A stretch of 64,000 nucleotides of DNA from Candidatus Bathyarchaeota archaeon (GCA_963739305.1 CAVTZU010000017.1:1-64000), one strand, 5' to 3'. Shown: positions 40,110-52,179, counted from the stretch's first letter. The notes: generated from the sequence alone by a model not told the origin. Numbers and translations are program-made.

Positions 40110-41296
40110 GTTTTATCAGACTCCTCGTCGAGCAAAGCTCTCAACGCCTTCTCAAGTTCTTCTGCCGGGATTCGCGGCAGAGAGATGTCTGTTGACCTGC
40201 CACGTGAACCCGTGCCTGAAACCTCCGTCTCCACTATTCCAAGGTTCGAGAAGTCCTTGAGATACTTCCAAAGTTGTGTGTGACTGTTTGGCGACTCATC
40301 AAATTCTTCACAGGCAACAGCGTATGCTCTTTCAGCTTCCGCGAGGGAGACGGTGGCTTTTTGGTTCTCTTTAAAGAGTCTAGCTATGGATAGCAGGAAC
40401 AATTTCTCGTGGAGGCCAAAGGTTGTCAGATCGCTTTTCTTCACGGCTGGAACGATGCTTGACGCTGCTTTTCGAACGCAGTCAGGTATGACTGTGTTCG
40501 AGTCTTCGGCGTCTGCGTATTTGCCCGCGCGCCACAACAGCTCGATTCCGAAACGGGCGTTTCCCCCCTCAGAATAGGCTAGTTCAGAGACTAGTCCCAC
40601 GGTTCCTTCAGGCACTGTCAGCGGTTTGAATGCTAAGCTGATTCTGTCGTTAAGGATGTCAGTCAGTTCTTTCCTAGAGTACTTTTGCAGGTTTATAATG
40701 TTAGACTGTAGGGTGCTTCTCGTGCTGACGTCAAGCTTTCCAAGCATTTCAGGTCCCCGCAGTATGCATATGAGCGATAACCGTTGGGGTTTGTTCTCCC
40801 TCATTTCCTGCAGTCGCGTGAGCTTGTAAACGGCTTCGGGTCCCTCTTTCTCTATAAGGCTGTCGAACTCGTCTAGACCAAGGATCGTGTGGGTTTTTTC
40901 GTCGTCTAACACTTGCACGAGGGTGTGCAAGAGTTCTTCAGCGGAGTACCCGCGTTTCGGGAAGTTAGGATGAAAGACTGAGACGACGTGTTGAAGAATG
41001 AAGAAGAGGCTTCCCCTGTATTCTCGACAGTTTACGTGCACGTAGCGCAGTCTTATGCCACGGATACTGGCTTCGTGAGCGATTTCCAGTCCAAATCTTT
41101 GCGACAGGGCGGTTTTTCCCGTGCCCACGTCACCTGTTATCAAGACTCGTTGCGCCATCTTCTCTGGCGCTTGCAGGGCGAAGCTGAAGAATTCTTTGAG
41201 AAGACGTAGGTGGTGTTCTCTGTGAGGAAGTCGACTGGGTACGTAATTTATGTCGAGCTTCGTCTCGTCTTTGAACACGCTCTGTCGCAGCGTCAA
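40106..41296 (-). CDS. cdc6: Orc1/Cdc6 replication initiator
   Basis: YVPSRLPHRE, GDVGTGKT, VNCR, LDEFD, GNAR, C-terminal wHTH with GRST. Confidence 0.94.
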   Translation of the reverse strand: MTLRQSVFKDETKLDINYVPSRLPHREHHLRLLKEFFSFALQAPEKMAQRVLITGDVGTGKTALSQRFGLEIAHEASIRGIRLRYVHVNCREYRGSLFFILQHVVSVFHPNFPKRGYSAEELLHTLVQVLDDEKTHTILGLDEFDSLIEKEGPEAVYKLTRLQEMRENKPQRLSLICILRGPEMLGKLDVSTRSTLQSNIINLQKYSRKELTDILNDRISLAFKPLTVPEGTVGLVSELAYSEGGNARFGIELLWRAGKYADAEDSNTVIPDCVRKAASSIVPAVKKSDLTTFGLHEKLFLLSIARLFKENQKATVSLAEAERAYAVACEEFDESPNSHTQLWKYLKDFSNLGIVETEVSGTGSRGRSTDISLPRIPAEELEKALRALLDEESDKT

Positions 41297-41414
41297 TCAG
41301 TCTGCCTCAGACTAACTATGCGCGAACCTTTGTTATCTCTTTCCCTTTGGAAAGCGGCAGAGCTGGTTTGGAAAACAAAAGCCTAATAAGTCGACTGATC
41401 AATGTGTTAACAAA

Positions 41415-42011
41415 ATGATTCCAAAATATTTCTTCCTAACAAAGGGCACCGGTAAACACAAGGAACAGCTGCAATCGTTTGAATTGGCATTGAGGGACGC
41501 TGGAATACAGCACTGTAACATAGTTAGCGTGTCAAGCATAATTCCGCCAGGCTGCAAAATGATCTCGAGAGAGCGCGGCTTGAAGATGATAAGACCCGGC
41601 GAAATAACATTCATCGTCATCGCCAGAAACTCGACAAACGAACCCCACAGGCTAGTGGCATCATCCATTGGCGTTGCGATTCCAACAGGCAAAAACAACT
41701 ATGGTTATCTTTCGGAGCATCACAATTTCGGTCAGCCCGATGACAAGGCTGGAGACTATGCAGAAGACCTCGCTGCGACTATGCTTGCCACGACTATGGG
41801 AATTCAGTTTGATCCTGAGACTGACTGGCACGAAAAAGAGCAGCTTTTCAAAACTAGTGGTATGATCATCAAGACAACTAACATGACGCAGACAGCCACA
41901 GGTGACAAAGGTGGTTTGTGGACGACAACCGTCGCCGCGGCAGTTTTCGTCCGAGGAACGGACGACGAAAGTCTTGAGGAAACTCAAAGATTGACGAAGC
42001 ACCGGTCTTAA
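41415..42011 (+). CDS. pdaD: Pyruvoyl-dependent arginine decarboxylase
   Basis: [23 protein letters not shown] cleavage motif, YGYLSEH. Confidence 0.92.
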   Translation: MIPKYFFLTKGTGKHKEQLQSFELALRDAGIQHCNIVSVSSIIPPGCKMISRERGLKMIRPGEITFIVIARNSTNEPHRLVASSIGVAIPTGKNNYGYLSEHHNFGQPDDKAGDYAEDLAATMLATTMGIQFDPETDWHEKEQLFKTSGMIIKTTNMTQTATGDKGGLWTTTVAAAVFVRGTDDESLEETQRLTKHRS

Positions 42012-42136
42012 GCCTTCCACATCACTTTTTCTTTCCTTTGATAATCACTCAATGAGAGACGTGGCGCTGCTTCGCAGGATTGGAGACAGGCACATTGTCG
42101 CGGTTCAGGCCTCTCCAAAACAATATTAATCAATAG

Positions 42137-42850
<714 letters not shown>

Positions 42851-42866
42851 ACGAGATGGATAATCG

Positions 42867-43748
42867 TTGAAAGTGGAACCCGAATGTGCCGCTTGCATTC
42901 TCAGCAGAGGAGCAGCTGAAGTCAAGGAAGCGACGACCAATCCTGCGTTACGTTACAGAGCGATCTGTGACCTCCTACGACTGCTCGCCAAGGAGTTTCG
43001 TCCAACAGCTGTTGCTGCAGATTTGGGAACGAAAAGGGATCGCGTAATAAGACGAGTTACAGGCAGCGTTGACCCCTACAAGAGGAGCAAGAAGATAAGC
43101 AATGAAAAAGCTTTGAAATTATTGCCCTACGCAAGGAAATTGGTCGAAGAGGGCTATGCACAAGAGGACCGTTTCAAGCGAGCCTGTCTGGTTGCTATGG
43201 TAGGCAACCTCATCGAGTTTGACATTCCTGGACACAGAGCATCATTCAGCAGTTTGAGAAAGAGTTTCAGAGAAGCATCGAAAGATTTAGTCATAAACGA
43301 CACTAACAGGGCCTATGAGCTTGCCAAAAAAGCACACACCGTGCTGTATTTGGCAGACAACGCCGGCGAAATCGTTTTTGACACGCTACTGGTGGAGCAG
43401 CTCAGAAACATGGGAGTTACGGTCGTGGTAGCCGTCAAAGGAGGGCCTGTTATCAATGACGCTACTCTTGAGGATGCCGAAGTTTCAGGAATGACAAAGA
43501 TTGCAGACAAGATTATAACTACAGGAACGGACGCTGTTGGGTTTGCGGCAAAGGAGGTTTCCCAAGAATTTATCGACGCGTATGATTCAGCAGATCTGGT
43601 TATCGCTAAAGGAATGGGTTATGCGGAAACTCTGACGGAACACAAGCTGAAGAAACCGCACCTCCTGCTTCTTAGAACAAAATGCGAGCCCGTCGCGAAT
43701 TATTTCGCGGCCCCAAGAGAAAAGAACGTTGCGAAGCTGATGCCTTGA
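42867..43748 (+). CDS. ARMT1-like/DUF89 damage-control phosphatase
   Basis: ECAAC, DPY, DNAGEIVFD, INDAT, AKGMG. Confidence 0.9.
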   Translation: MKVEPECAACILSRGAAEVKEATTNPALRYRAICDLLRLLAKEFRPTAVAADLGTKRDRVIRRVTGSVDPYKRSKKISNEKALKLLPYARKLVEEGYAQEDRFKRACLVAMVGNLIEFDIPGHRASFSSLRKSFREASKDLVINDTNRAYELAKKAHTVLYLADNAGEIVFDTLLVEQLRNMGVTVVVAVKGGPVINDATLEDAEVSGMTKIADKIITTGTDAVGFAAKEVSQEFIDAYDSADLVIAKGMGYAETLTEHKLKKPHLLLLRTKCEPVANYFAAPREKNVAKLMP

Positions 43749-43762
43749 GGCCGCTGCCAACA

Positions 43763-45842
43763 ATGAGTCAAGATCGGACGGTTTTTGCCGAACTTGACAC
43801 TGCACTTCAAAAAGAGTGGCTTGCAACGAACGGGTTAGGTGGCTACGCATCTTCTACGATTTTGGGCATTAACACGCGAAAGTATCATGGGCTTCTCGTG
43901 GCAGCGCTTCGTCCACCGAAAGCTCGAAGAGTGTTATTGACAAAGTTGGATGAGGAAATAACCACGAAAGACACGGTCTCGCAGCTAGGGGCCAACGAGT
44001 TCAGGGACGTTTTCTTTCCTGAGGGACACCGTTTCTTAGAGGAGTTTTCGGTTTCACCATTCCCAACCTTCAAGTATTCGGCAGCCGGTGTGGAAGTCCA
44101 GAAGAAAGTCTTCATGCCTCACGAAAAGAATTCTATCGTTGCATTGTACGACGTGTCGAATCATCGCGACGATGAAGTCACGATATGCGTTTTTCCCATG
44201 GTAAACGGCCGAGGTTTTCACGACGTCACTGACAGGAGTGTCTGTCCAGAACCTAATCAGAGACAGCACGATGACGTCATCAGCATAGCTTTCAGGAATC
44301 CTCAGTCGAGTCTGCTTATGAAGATGACAGGGAGTCGATATTTCGCCACGGGCCACTGGATTGAGAAGGTCTATCTTCGCGAGGAAGCTCGCCGTGGGGA
44401 AAGCTGTTTCGACGATTGTTATCAACCTGGATACTTTGAGGTTCATGTGAGAGCAGAAGAGAGCACAAGTTTCGGGTTTGTTGCTGTCGCCGAGGAGGAC
44501 ATGGACTCGGCGGAAAAGGAGCTGATGGACTTTTCTTCATCAATTGTTGGGCTTAAGCAACTGCATGATGAGACAAAAGAACGGGAAAGCGGATTGCTTT
44601 CAGGATTTTTTGATTCACATGAAGGACTATCGCGGGAGAACTTTCTTGAATGGATTGTTTTGGCGAGCGATTCTTTTGTGGTGATCAAGGGGAAGAAGCG
44701 AAGGAAGGTCCGTGATTGCAGGTTACCATTGGTTTGGTCCATGGGGGAGAGACACCTTCGTTTCTCTTCCCGGGTTGACATTGGTCACTGAAAAGTTCGA
44801 GGCTGCAAGAGCCATTTTTGTCGATTTTGCTGGGTTCTGTCTAGATGGACTGGTTCCAAATTTCATTCCGGATGAAAATGAGAAGGCAGCTTACAACACT
44901 GTTGATGCCACACTTTGGTACATAAACGCCGTGCTTCAATACCTAAAATACACGGGTGATTTCGAGTTCGTCAAAAAACAACTGTGGGACGTCCTGAAAT
45001 TCATGATTGAAAAACACGTTGATGGCACACTTTTTGATATTCATGTTGACGATGATGGGCTTCTCGCGCATGGTCCACAGCTGACTTGGGTGGACTCGTC
45101 GGTTGGCGGCAAACCAGTCTTTCCTAGAGCAGGTAAGGCTGTCGAGATTCAGGCCCTGTGGTACAACGCTTTGAAGACGATGGAGCTATTAGGACATAAG
45201 TTCAGAGAAGACGCACTTGCCGAAGGCTATTCTCTAATGGCTGAGAAGGCTCGCAAGAATTTTGTCGAAGAGTTTTGGATTGGTGAAAAAGGTTTTCTGT
45301 GTGACGTTGTGAATGGACAGGAGCGAGACACTTCTTTGAGACCGAACCAGATTCTTGCCGTCTCGATGGACTTCAGCATGCTTGACAAAACCAAGAGCAT
45401 GAGAATCGTGGACGTAGTTCAAAGCGAGCTTCTCACTTGCGTTGGTCTCAGAACGCTTGCGAAGAATGATCCACGGTACATCGGAACCTATTCTGGCGAT
45501 AGGGCAAGCCGAGACAGGGCGTACCACAGTGGAACGGTTTGGCCCTGGCTTCTCGGTCCATTCACAACGGCGTTTCTCAAGACCAAGGGATACGTAAAGC
45601 CTCAACGTGACTACGCGTTTGAGAATTTTCTATATCCTTTCTGGACAAAACAGATCTACACAGCAGGACTTGGATCTTTGAGCGAGATCTATGATGGTGA
45701 CCCGCCTCACGCGCCGAGAGGCTGCATCTCTCAGGCATGGAGCGTCGCAGAACCGCTCAGGGCTTATGTGGAAGACGTTTCCTTTTTCAGGCCAAAGCAC
45801 GAGCAGGAATTACTGCAGTTTTCAAGACCCAGCTTTTCTTAG
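43763..45842 (+). CDS. Glycogen debranching enzyme / amylo-alpha-1,6-glucosidase (+1 frameshift near 44708)
   Basis: EWLATNGLGGYAS, RKYHGLL, IAGYHWFGPWGRDT, LRPNQ, YHSGTVWPW, QAWS. Confidence 0.92.
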
Positions 45843-46862
45843 GCTTTCGGCCGCTGTCTCCGGCGTCATCGTGTTGATGTACATCCCCGTGCTCTTTTCG
45901 AATCCTGCCCAGATTGCTAGTCTTGGATAGACTTCGAGGTGCCAGTGGTACCAATCAGACGATTCTCTATCTGTGGTCAGGTGAAAACCGTAGTTGTACG
46001 GTGGATCGTTGACCAAACATTTCAACCTGCCGAGGCATTCTTTGAGTGTTTCTGCAAAGCTCTTAACTTCGCATTCTTGCATTTGGAGCAGTGACGTTTG
46101 GTGAGTCCTTGGGAATACCCAGAATTCCATGGGATTCACACTCGCGAAAGGCGTAAAGACAGCGAACTTCGAGTTCTTCAAAACCAGACGCGGGCCTTTT
46201 GTTTCTTTTTCAATGATGTCGCAGAAGATGCACTTTCTCTTCTGTTCCCAGAATCTCTTTGCCGCATCCATTTCTTCTTGAGGGATTCTGGGCACTAGGG
46301 GCGTGGCGATTATCTGACTGTGTGCGTGCGACATTGAGGCTCCTGCTTCAAGCCCATGATTGCGGAAGATCGAGACGTAACGCACGTAAGGCTGCGCAGC
46401 GAGTTCGCGAAGCCTGTCAACGTAAGCGTTGATTACATGAACCAGCTGCGGAAGTCGGGCGACCGCGGGGTTTTCGTCATGTATTGGTGATTCGACGAGC
46501 ACCTCGTGGTGACCAACCGCTGGGAGAAGGCTGCGCTCCTTGTTTTCTGCGATATCAGGTTTGTCCTGTGGCGGACAGAGTGCAGGGTAAAGGTTTGGAA
46601 CAACCCGGATCAGCCAGTTCTTGTGCCGTGAGTTGCCTAGATCATGTGTCTTTCGTATTCCATTCTTTGATTTCAAGTATAACAGTACAGCCGGCGGAGT
46701 CATGTGTTCATTGCCTGGACACATTGGGCAATCCTTGGACTTTGCTTGTTGCGTTGGTTGTTTTGCGAAGTCGGTGGGTCTCCTACTGCGGGCCGTCGCG
46801 ATCACAACCCAACGGTTGAGCAGGTAGTCTTTTCGGAGTTCGTTGAAAGTCATCGTTATCAC
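45822..46862 (-). CDS. galT: Galactose-1-phosphate uridylyltransferase family protein
   Basis: ELRKD, CPMCPGNE, GASMSHAHSQ (HxHxQ), HWHLE. Confidence 0.9.
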   Translation of the reverse strand: MITMTFNELRKDYLLNRWVVIATARSRRPTDFAKQPTQQAKSKDCPMCPGNEHMTPPAVLLYLKSKNGIRKTHDLGNSRHKNWLIRVVPNLYPALCPPQDKPDIAENKERSLLPAVGHHEVLVESPIHDENPAVARLPQLVHVINAYVDRLRELAAQPYVRYVSIFRNHGLEAGASMSHAHSQIIATPLVPRIPQEEMDAAKRFWEQKRKCIFCDIIEKETKGPRLVLKNSKFAVFTPFASVNPMEFWVFPRTHQTSLLQMQECEVKSFAETLKECLGRLKCLVNDPPYNYGFHLTTDRESSDWYHWHLEVYPRLAIWAGFEKSTGMYINTMTPETAAESLRKAGS

Positions 46863-46991
46863 TTAAACAAACATTAGAATACTCGCCGTGAGCATTTAGG
46901 ATTTTCCGAGGTTACTCGCGTCTATTTTGGATTCTGTGGATATTCTCACTCGGATTTTCCTTTCTTCTTTCACGAGATTTCATTGAGAATC

Positions 46992-47307
46992 GCGGTGGAT
47001 CACAGGAGATCGACGCCCAGAATCCGCTGAACCCTCATACCCCACACTCGTACCCGCGCCCCCTTGAGCGCTGAACGTCCAGACTTAGGTTGCTCCCTCC
47101 CGGGCCTGGCCAAGTTCGCCTGGTCAACATCAAAGACAGCTTCCCTACGAAAGCCGCCTAACGACCGCCAGCCCCAAGGGACGGGTAGTCTTCGCTTCGG
47201 ATATGAAGGCGTCAGCAGCCTTAAGCGCCTCAGCCCCAGCTTTCGGCCCGTCGTATAGAGGGTTTACGGTACAGGGGACCCCTACCCCCCCGCCTAAGAC
47301 CCACCGC
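46992..47307 (-). ncRNA. ffs: Signal recognition particle (7S) RNA
   Basis: Minus strand helix 8 GCCAGGCCC-GGGA-GGGAGCAACC; Alu-like 5' domain; terminal GCGGTGG/CCACCGC pairing; 316 nt. Confidence 0.92.
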
Positions 47308-47511
47308 AAAGCATTGTGAAGCCTTCCACAACTATAAAACTTTGCCTTGAATCAAACTGAGCTTAGAGCGTTATCTTAGCTCTTTAGGAGGTTTTTCACG
47401 ACTCACGTACGGAACTGAATAGGACAAATTCTACATGTGACAAAAAAGTCAGACTTTTATCCTTGAATCCCTATGTTCTGAAATTCCATAGGAAATCGGC
47501 GAGTTGCTCTG

Positions 47512-48672
47512 ATGGAAAAACGCGTGTGGATGATCTACACTACGCACATGTTCGTAGAGATCTACCTGTTCATACAAGTAGCGATGATTCCTGTTCTCGT
47601 GCGTGAATTTAATCTGAGCCTTTTTGAAGCTTCGTTGATCGCAACGGTTCCAAGCATAGCTGGGCTCTTGATGAACATTCCTTCAGGTTTCCTTGCGGAT
47701 CGTCTCAGCACAAACCAAATGCTGTTTGCCAGCATGATCATAGAAGGAGTTTCAGCCTTAGTGGTTAGCCAAACAACCAGTTTCTGGATGCTCGTGGTGG
47801 GCGTATCGTGCATGAAGGTTGGCTCTCCCATCTACCACGTGTCAGGTCTCAGTCGAATAAGCAGGATCGTCAAGCCTGAACAGCTCAGCAGATCCGTTGG
47901 ATTTCACAATGCTATGGGAAGTCTGGGCTCGACTGCAGGTCTCGTCAGCCTAACCATCTTCTTGTCGACAACAGGGTGGAGGTGGACCTACCTGGTCTGG
48001 TCCTTTCCGATTATCGCGTGGGGATTCATCCTACTAATGTCTTCACAGCTTAAGATCAAACAGCCCCGAATCCGGACGAACGGTTCATACAGAAGGTTCT
48101 CCAAACTCGTTTTGGTACTTTCCCCTGCACTCTTGGTTTTTCTGGCGGTGATTGGGATAAGGGAAGTTGGCGCCACGGGAATTTCCACCTTCATGACCAC
48201 GTATTTCGTTGATGTTAGAAACCTTTCCGAACCAACGGCTAGTCTCATCTTTGGACTGGGCCCCGCAGTGGGGATAGTCGGTTCCCTTCTAGGAGGTTAC
48301 CTTGGGGAGAGACACGGGGCAAACAAAGCGTTGAGCTGGGTCATCGTCGGCTGTTCGATCACGCTTCTGGCGTTGTCAATGAGTTGGCAAGTCTATCTTC
48401 TTTCCTTCTTCTATCTAGCTTACGCGCTTATCAACAACGCGTTGTGGTCGCCCATGAACACGATAATTGCGCGCATTACTCCAGAAACGGACAGAGGATT
48501 GAGCTACAGCTTCTATTTCTTCACAGAAGGCTTCATGGATTCGTTTGCCCCTTCAATCGCCGCTGGAGTCATTGTGCTCTCGAGTTTTTGGAACATCTTT
48601 CCATTTACAATAGCCCTGTTCATCCTAAGCCTCGTCGTGCTTCAATTTCTTCCCCGTTTTGAACGAAAATAA
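47512..48672 (+). CDS. MFS transporter
   Basis: About 12 TM helices; GFLADRL and GGYLGERHG loop motifs. Confidence 0.9.
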   Translation: MEKRVWMIYTTHMFVEIYLFIQVAMIPVLVREFNLSLFEASLIATVPSIAGLLMNIPSGFLADRLSTNQMLFASMIIEGVSALVVSQTTSFWMLVVGVSCMKVGSPIYHVSGLSRISRIVKPEQLSRSVGFHNAMGSLGSTAGLVSLTIFLSTTGWRWTYLVWSFPIIAWGFILLMSSQLKIKQPRIRTNGSYRRFSKLVLVLSPALLVFLAVIGIREVGATGISTFMTTYFVDVRNLSEPTASLIFGLGPAVGIVGSLLGGYLGERHGANKALSWVIVGCSITLLALSMSWQVYLLSFFYLAYALINNALWSPMNTIIARITPETDRGLSYSFYFFTEGFMDSFAPSIAAGVIVLSSFWNIFPFTIALFILSLVVLQFLPRFERK

Positions 48673-48794
48673 AGAATCTTTCTCGTCCACTCGAAGTCAC
48701 TCTATGCAAAAAGTCGTTGACACGAGATAGCGGCACGGTGAGGCTTTTATGCATAAGAACACCATAAGCAAAAGGCAAGGCTTGAGGGAATTCT

Positions 48795-49757
48795 TTGAAG
48801 AACATTGGCATAGTGACAAGTGGCGGAGATGCCCCGGGCATGAACGCAACCATTCGAGCTGTGACGCGCATTGCCTATTCGAGAAATCTTCGTGTAATCG
48901 GTTTTGAGAGAGGATGGGAGGGTCTTATAAACGATGTTTTCAGGCCTTTGACACCCAGATCTGTAGGTGGAATCATCCAGCTTGGAGGGACGATCCTGCA
49001 CACTTCGAGGTGTCTCGAGTTCAGAACGCCTGAAGGTGTCAAGAAAGCTGCTGATACTCTTACATCAAAGAAAGTTGATGGGCTTGTGGTCATTGGAGGA
49101 AACGGTTCTTTTGAAGGAGCTCTGTCTTTGTCAAAGGAAACAGACGCGTCATTAGTGGGCGTGCCTGCGTCTATCGACAATGACATTTATGGTGCGGATG
49201 AAACCGTTGGCTTTGACACGGCGTTAAACACGGGTGTTGGTGAAATTGACAAGATTCGCGACACGGCTATTTCTCATGAGAGAGTTTTCATAGTCGAGGT
49301 CATGGGAAGGGCGCGAGGCTTTCTTGCAACTGCAGTAGGGCTCACGGTCGGCGCGGAGATTATATTGGTTCCAGAAGTGAAGGTTGAGGTAGGGAAAATA
49401 GTGCAAAGACTCGAGGAGAACAAGGCGAAAGGAAAGAGATCAGGGATAATTGTTGCTGCAGAAGGGATCGGAGATACGCGTCAGCTCGCGGAGCAAATTG
49501 AGAAAGAGGCAGAGACCGAGGTAAGACTGAGCGTGCTAGGCTATGCCCAAAGAGGAGGCAGTCCGACAGGCAGGAGCCGCCTCTTGGCCAACCTTTTTGC
49601 CGACAAGGCGATTGATACCCTTGTGAAAGGTGAAGGAAACAGAGTAGTCGGCTTGCACAACGGCAGTATAGAAAGTATCGATCTCGAAAAATCATGCAAG
49701 ACGGAGAAACCGCTCGATTCTTATCTGCTGCAATTGGCTTCTGTATTGTCGTCTTGA
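48795..49757 (+). CDS. pfkA: PfkA-family 6-phosphofructokinase, ATP-type signature
   Basis: TSGGDAPGMN, GGNGS, PASIDND, EVMGR. Confidence 0.9.
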   Translation: MKNIGIVTSGGDAPGMNATIRAVTRIAYSRNLRVIGFERGWEGLINDVFRPLTPRSVGGIIQLGGTILHTSRCLEFRTPEGVKKAADTLTSKKVDGLVVIGGNGSFEGALSLSKETDASLVGVPASIDNDIYGADETVGFDTALNTGVGEIDKIRDTAISHERVFIVEVMGRARGFLATAVGLTVGAEIILVPEVKVEVGKIVQRLEENKAKGKRSGIIVAAEGIGDTRQLAEQIEKEAETEVRLSVLGYAQRGGSPTGRSRLLANLFADKAIDTLVKGEGNRVVGLHNGSIESIDLEKSCKTEKPLDSYLLQLASVLSS

Positions 49758-49774
49758 GCTTGACCTAATCGTGG

Positions 49775-50818
49775 CTAGCCAAAGAAGATCGTTGCCAAGT
49801 CGTAGAGTTCCAGGTCTACTGTCTTCCGTTTGCCAATAACTTCGGCAAGTGGGACGGAGACTATCTTGTTGCCTTTGATAGCGACCATGCGGTCAAACTT
49901 CCCAGCATGGACGAGTTCTATTGCCGCTACTCCGAATCTGGTTGCGAGTATTCGGTCAAAGGCTGTTGGAGACCCGCCGCGCTGAAGATGACCCAGCACG
50001 ACTACACGCGTCTCGATTCCCATGCACTTTTCGATCTCTTTGCCAAGATAGTATCCAATGCCTCCGAGACGGATATGTCCAAACTCGTCGAGGCTTTCGC
50101 TGTAAACGATCTCGACTCCGCCCTGAGGCTTAGCTCCTTCGGCAACCACGATCAGGCTGAAGTTCCTTCCTCTTTTCTGTCTCTGCCTAATGGATTCGCA
50201 AACTTCATCAATGTCAAAGGGTTTTTCAGGGACCAGTATTACGTCAGCGCCGCCTGCCAAACCCGCCTCAAGAGCAATCCAACCTGTGTATCGGCCCATG
50301 ACCTCAAGGATTATGACTCTGTGATGCGTCTCCGCCGTCGTGTGAAGCCTATCCAAGGCTTCTGTGGCGATCCCGACCGCGGTCATGAACCCAAAAGTGT
50401 AGTCGGTTCCGGCCAGGTCGTTGTCGATGGTTTTTGGGACGCCGACGCATTTGAGTCCGTATTCAGCCATTTTGTGGCCTACTCCTAACGTGTCGTCGCC
50501 GCCGATGACCACGACAGCATCGATGCCCGCTTTCTTGAGGTTCTTGATGATTGTTTCAGGTCCTTTTTCTTTCTTGAACGGGTTTGTCCTAGAAGTGCCA
50601 AGAATGGATCCTCCTCTCGGAAGAAGCCCTGAAGCTGCCTTCAAATCCAAGGTTTCACGCGAGGAATCTAGAAGGCCATTCCAGCCGTCTCTTATGCCGA
50701 TGATTTCGTACCCGTAATTTTGTATGCCCTTTTTCAATATCGCTCTTATCACGGCGTTTATTCCTGGAGCATCTCCGCCTCCAGTCAAGATACCGACTTT
50801 CATCTTTTTACCTTTCAA
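49775..50818 (-). CDS. PfkA-family phosphofructokinase, PPi-type signature
   Basis: TGGGDAPG, GGDDT, PKTIDND, EVMGR, LGHLQRGG. Confidence 0.88.
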   Translation of the reverse strand: MKGKKMKVGILTGGGDAPGINAVIRAILKKGIQNYGYEIIGIRDGWNGLLDSSRETLDLKAASGLLPRGGSILGTSRTNPFKKEKGPETIIKNLKKAGIDAVVVIGGDDTLGVGHKMAEYGLKCVGVPKTIDNDLAGTDYTFGFMTAVGIATEALDRLHTTAETHHRVIILEVMGRYTGWIALEAGLAGGADVILVPEKPFDIDEVCESIRQRQKRGRNFSLIVVAEGAKPQGGVEIVYSESLDEFGHIRLGGIGYYLGKEIEKCMGIETRVVVLGHLQRGGSPTAFDRILATRFGVAAIELVHAGKFDRMVAIKGNKIVSVPLAEVIGKRKTVDLELYDLATIFFG

Positions 50819-50999
50819 CTTTCACCAAAACTCCTGAGTTAACACATTTTGTTCCTGATGACGTCTCCTGCGATTCGTTCGGCAAACCGAACCTATTCGT
50901 GCTTCTTGGATTGATTATTCAACGAGAACGGTATAAATGGTTTACATCTGTTTTAAAGCTGTATAGCGCAATACCACTTGAGAGGAACGTGAATAAACA

Positions 51000-51890
51000 T
51001 TGAGAACCGTGTCAAGCGATAAAGCGATTTTCAGTTTCAGTGTTAAGCACAAGCCAGTTGTCCGCGTCAGAGTAAATGAACTCATTGTTCTTAAGACCGA
51101 AGACGCTTTTGGCGGGCAAATAAAGAGTGACAAGGATTCCGTTGAAACGCTCGACTGGTCCAAGGTTGATGGGGCCACCGGTCCAATATTCATCGAAAAC
51201 GCTGAACCAGGCGACACTCTGGTCGTGGACATCATGAGCATCAAAATCCCTTCCAAAGGAGTTATAGTTACGGTTCCGAAACAGGGAATTCTGGCGGAAA
51301 AAAGGGTCAAGCCCTTGACTAAGATAATCAAGATACACAAAGATCACGTCGAATTTAACAAGGTCAAGCTTAAAACCAGTCCAATGATTGGAACCATCGG
51401 CGTGACTCCTAAGAGCGAAATACCCTGCGGCTCGCTTGGCAGGCACGGCGGGAACATGGATGTCAAAGAGCTGACTGCTGGAACCAGACTGTATCTCCCT
51501 GTTCTTGTCGAAGGCGCATTGTTTGGTGCTGGCGACGTTCATGTTGTACAAGCAGATGGTGAGCTCTGCGTGTCTGCGGTTGAAGTGGCCAGCGAAATAT
51601 CTCTGAAGTTTTCACTGATTAAGGGAAAGCATCCTGAGTGGCCGATACTGGAGACGAAAGATTCATACGCTTTCTTAGCTTGCGACGAGACATTGGACGC
51701 GGCTGCAAGAAACGCTACTCTGGTTGCAGTTGAGGCTTTGATGCGTGAATATGGTTGGTGCTTTGAGGAAGCCTACATGTTTGGCAGCTTGCAGGTTGAT
51801 CTTAGGATAAATCAGGTCGTGGACCCGAAGAAGGGTGTTCGAGCCGTGATTTCTAAGGATCATTTGAGACTGGCTAGTATGCTTGTCTAG
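51000..51890 (+). CDS. Acetamidase/formamidase family protein
   Basis: TGPIFIENAEPGD, PMIGTIG, HGGNMD, GDVH..QADGE. Confidence 0.92.
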   Translation: MRTVSSDKAIFSFSVKHKPVVRVRVNELIVLKTEDAFGGQIKSDKDSVETLDWSKVDGATGPIFIENAEPGDTLVVDIMSIKIPSKGVIVTVPKQGILAEKRVKPLTKIIKIHKDHVEFNKVKLKTSPMIGTIGVTPKSEIPCGSLGRHGGNMDVKELTAGTRLYLPVLVEGALFGAGDVHVVQADGELCVSAVEVASEISLKFSLIKGKHPEWPILETKDSYAFLACDETLDAAARNATLVAVEALMREYGWCFEEAYMFGSLQVDLRINQVVDPKKGVRAVISKDHLRLASMLV

Positions 51891-51960
51891 CACTGCATGT
51901 GTTTCTGCGAGAAAGGCTTTAAGTTTGTGAAATGATTAGTTTCCAGCAGAGGAGTTAGTT

Positions 51961-52179
51961 TTGACCTGTTATTTCAGACATCTGAAGGATGTTTTTGCGA
52001 AGGCTGGCATAGAAGTGACGAAGGAGAACAAACGAGACCTTGACAAGATTATCCATAAAATCATGCGGGTCGAATACAAGAATTGCCCTGACACGTGGAA
52101 AGAAGTGAAAAAGAAGCTTGCAGAAGATGAAGCGGGTTTCGTCTCAAAACTGAAGGCTGAATGGAAGGGGCACGCGTGA
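51961..52179 (+). CDS. Small hypothetical protein
   Basis: AGGAG ribosome-binding site upstream; MTCYFRHL...KNCPDTWKEVK. Confidence 0.75.
   Translation: MTCYFRHLKDVFAKAGIEVTKENKRDLDKIIHKIMRVEYKNCPDTWKEVKKKLAEDEAGFVSKLKAEWKGHA

Noticed and set aside
41297-41414. Replication origin upstream of cdc6
   Set aside because: Only 118 bp with weak TTCC..TGGAAA similarity; no G-string ORB pair or AT-rich unwinding element.
47064-47258. 64-aa ORF
   Set aside because: Antisense to the SRP RNA.
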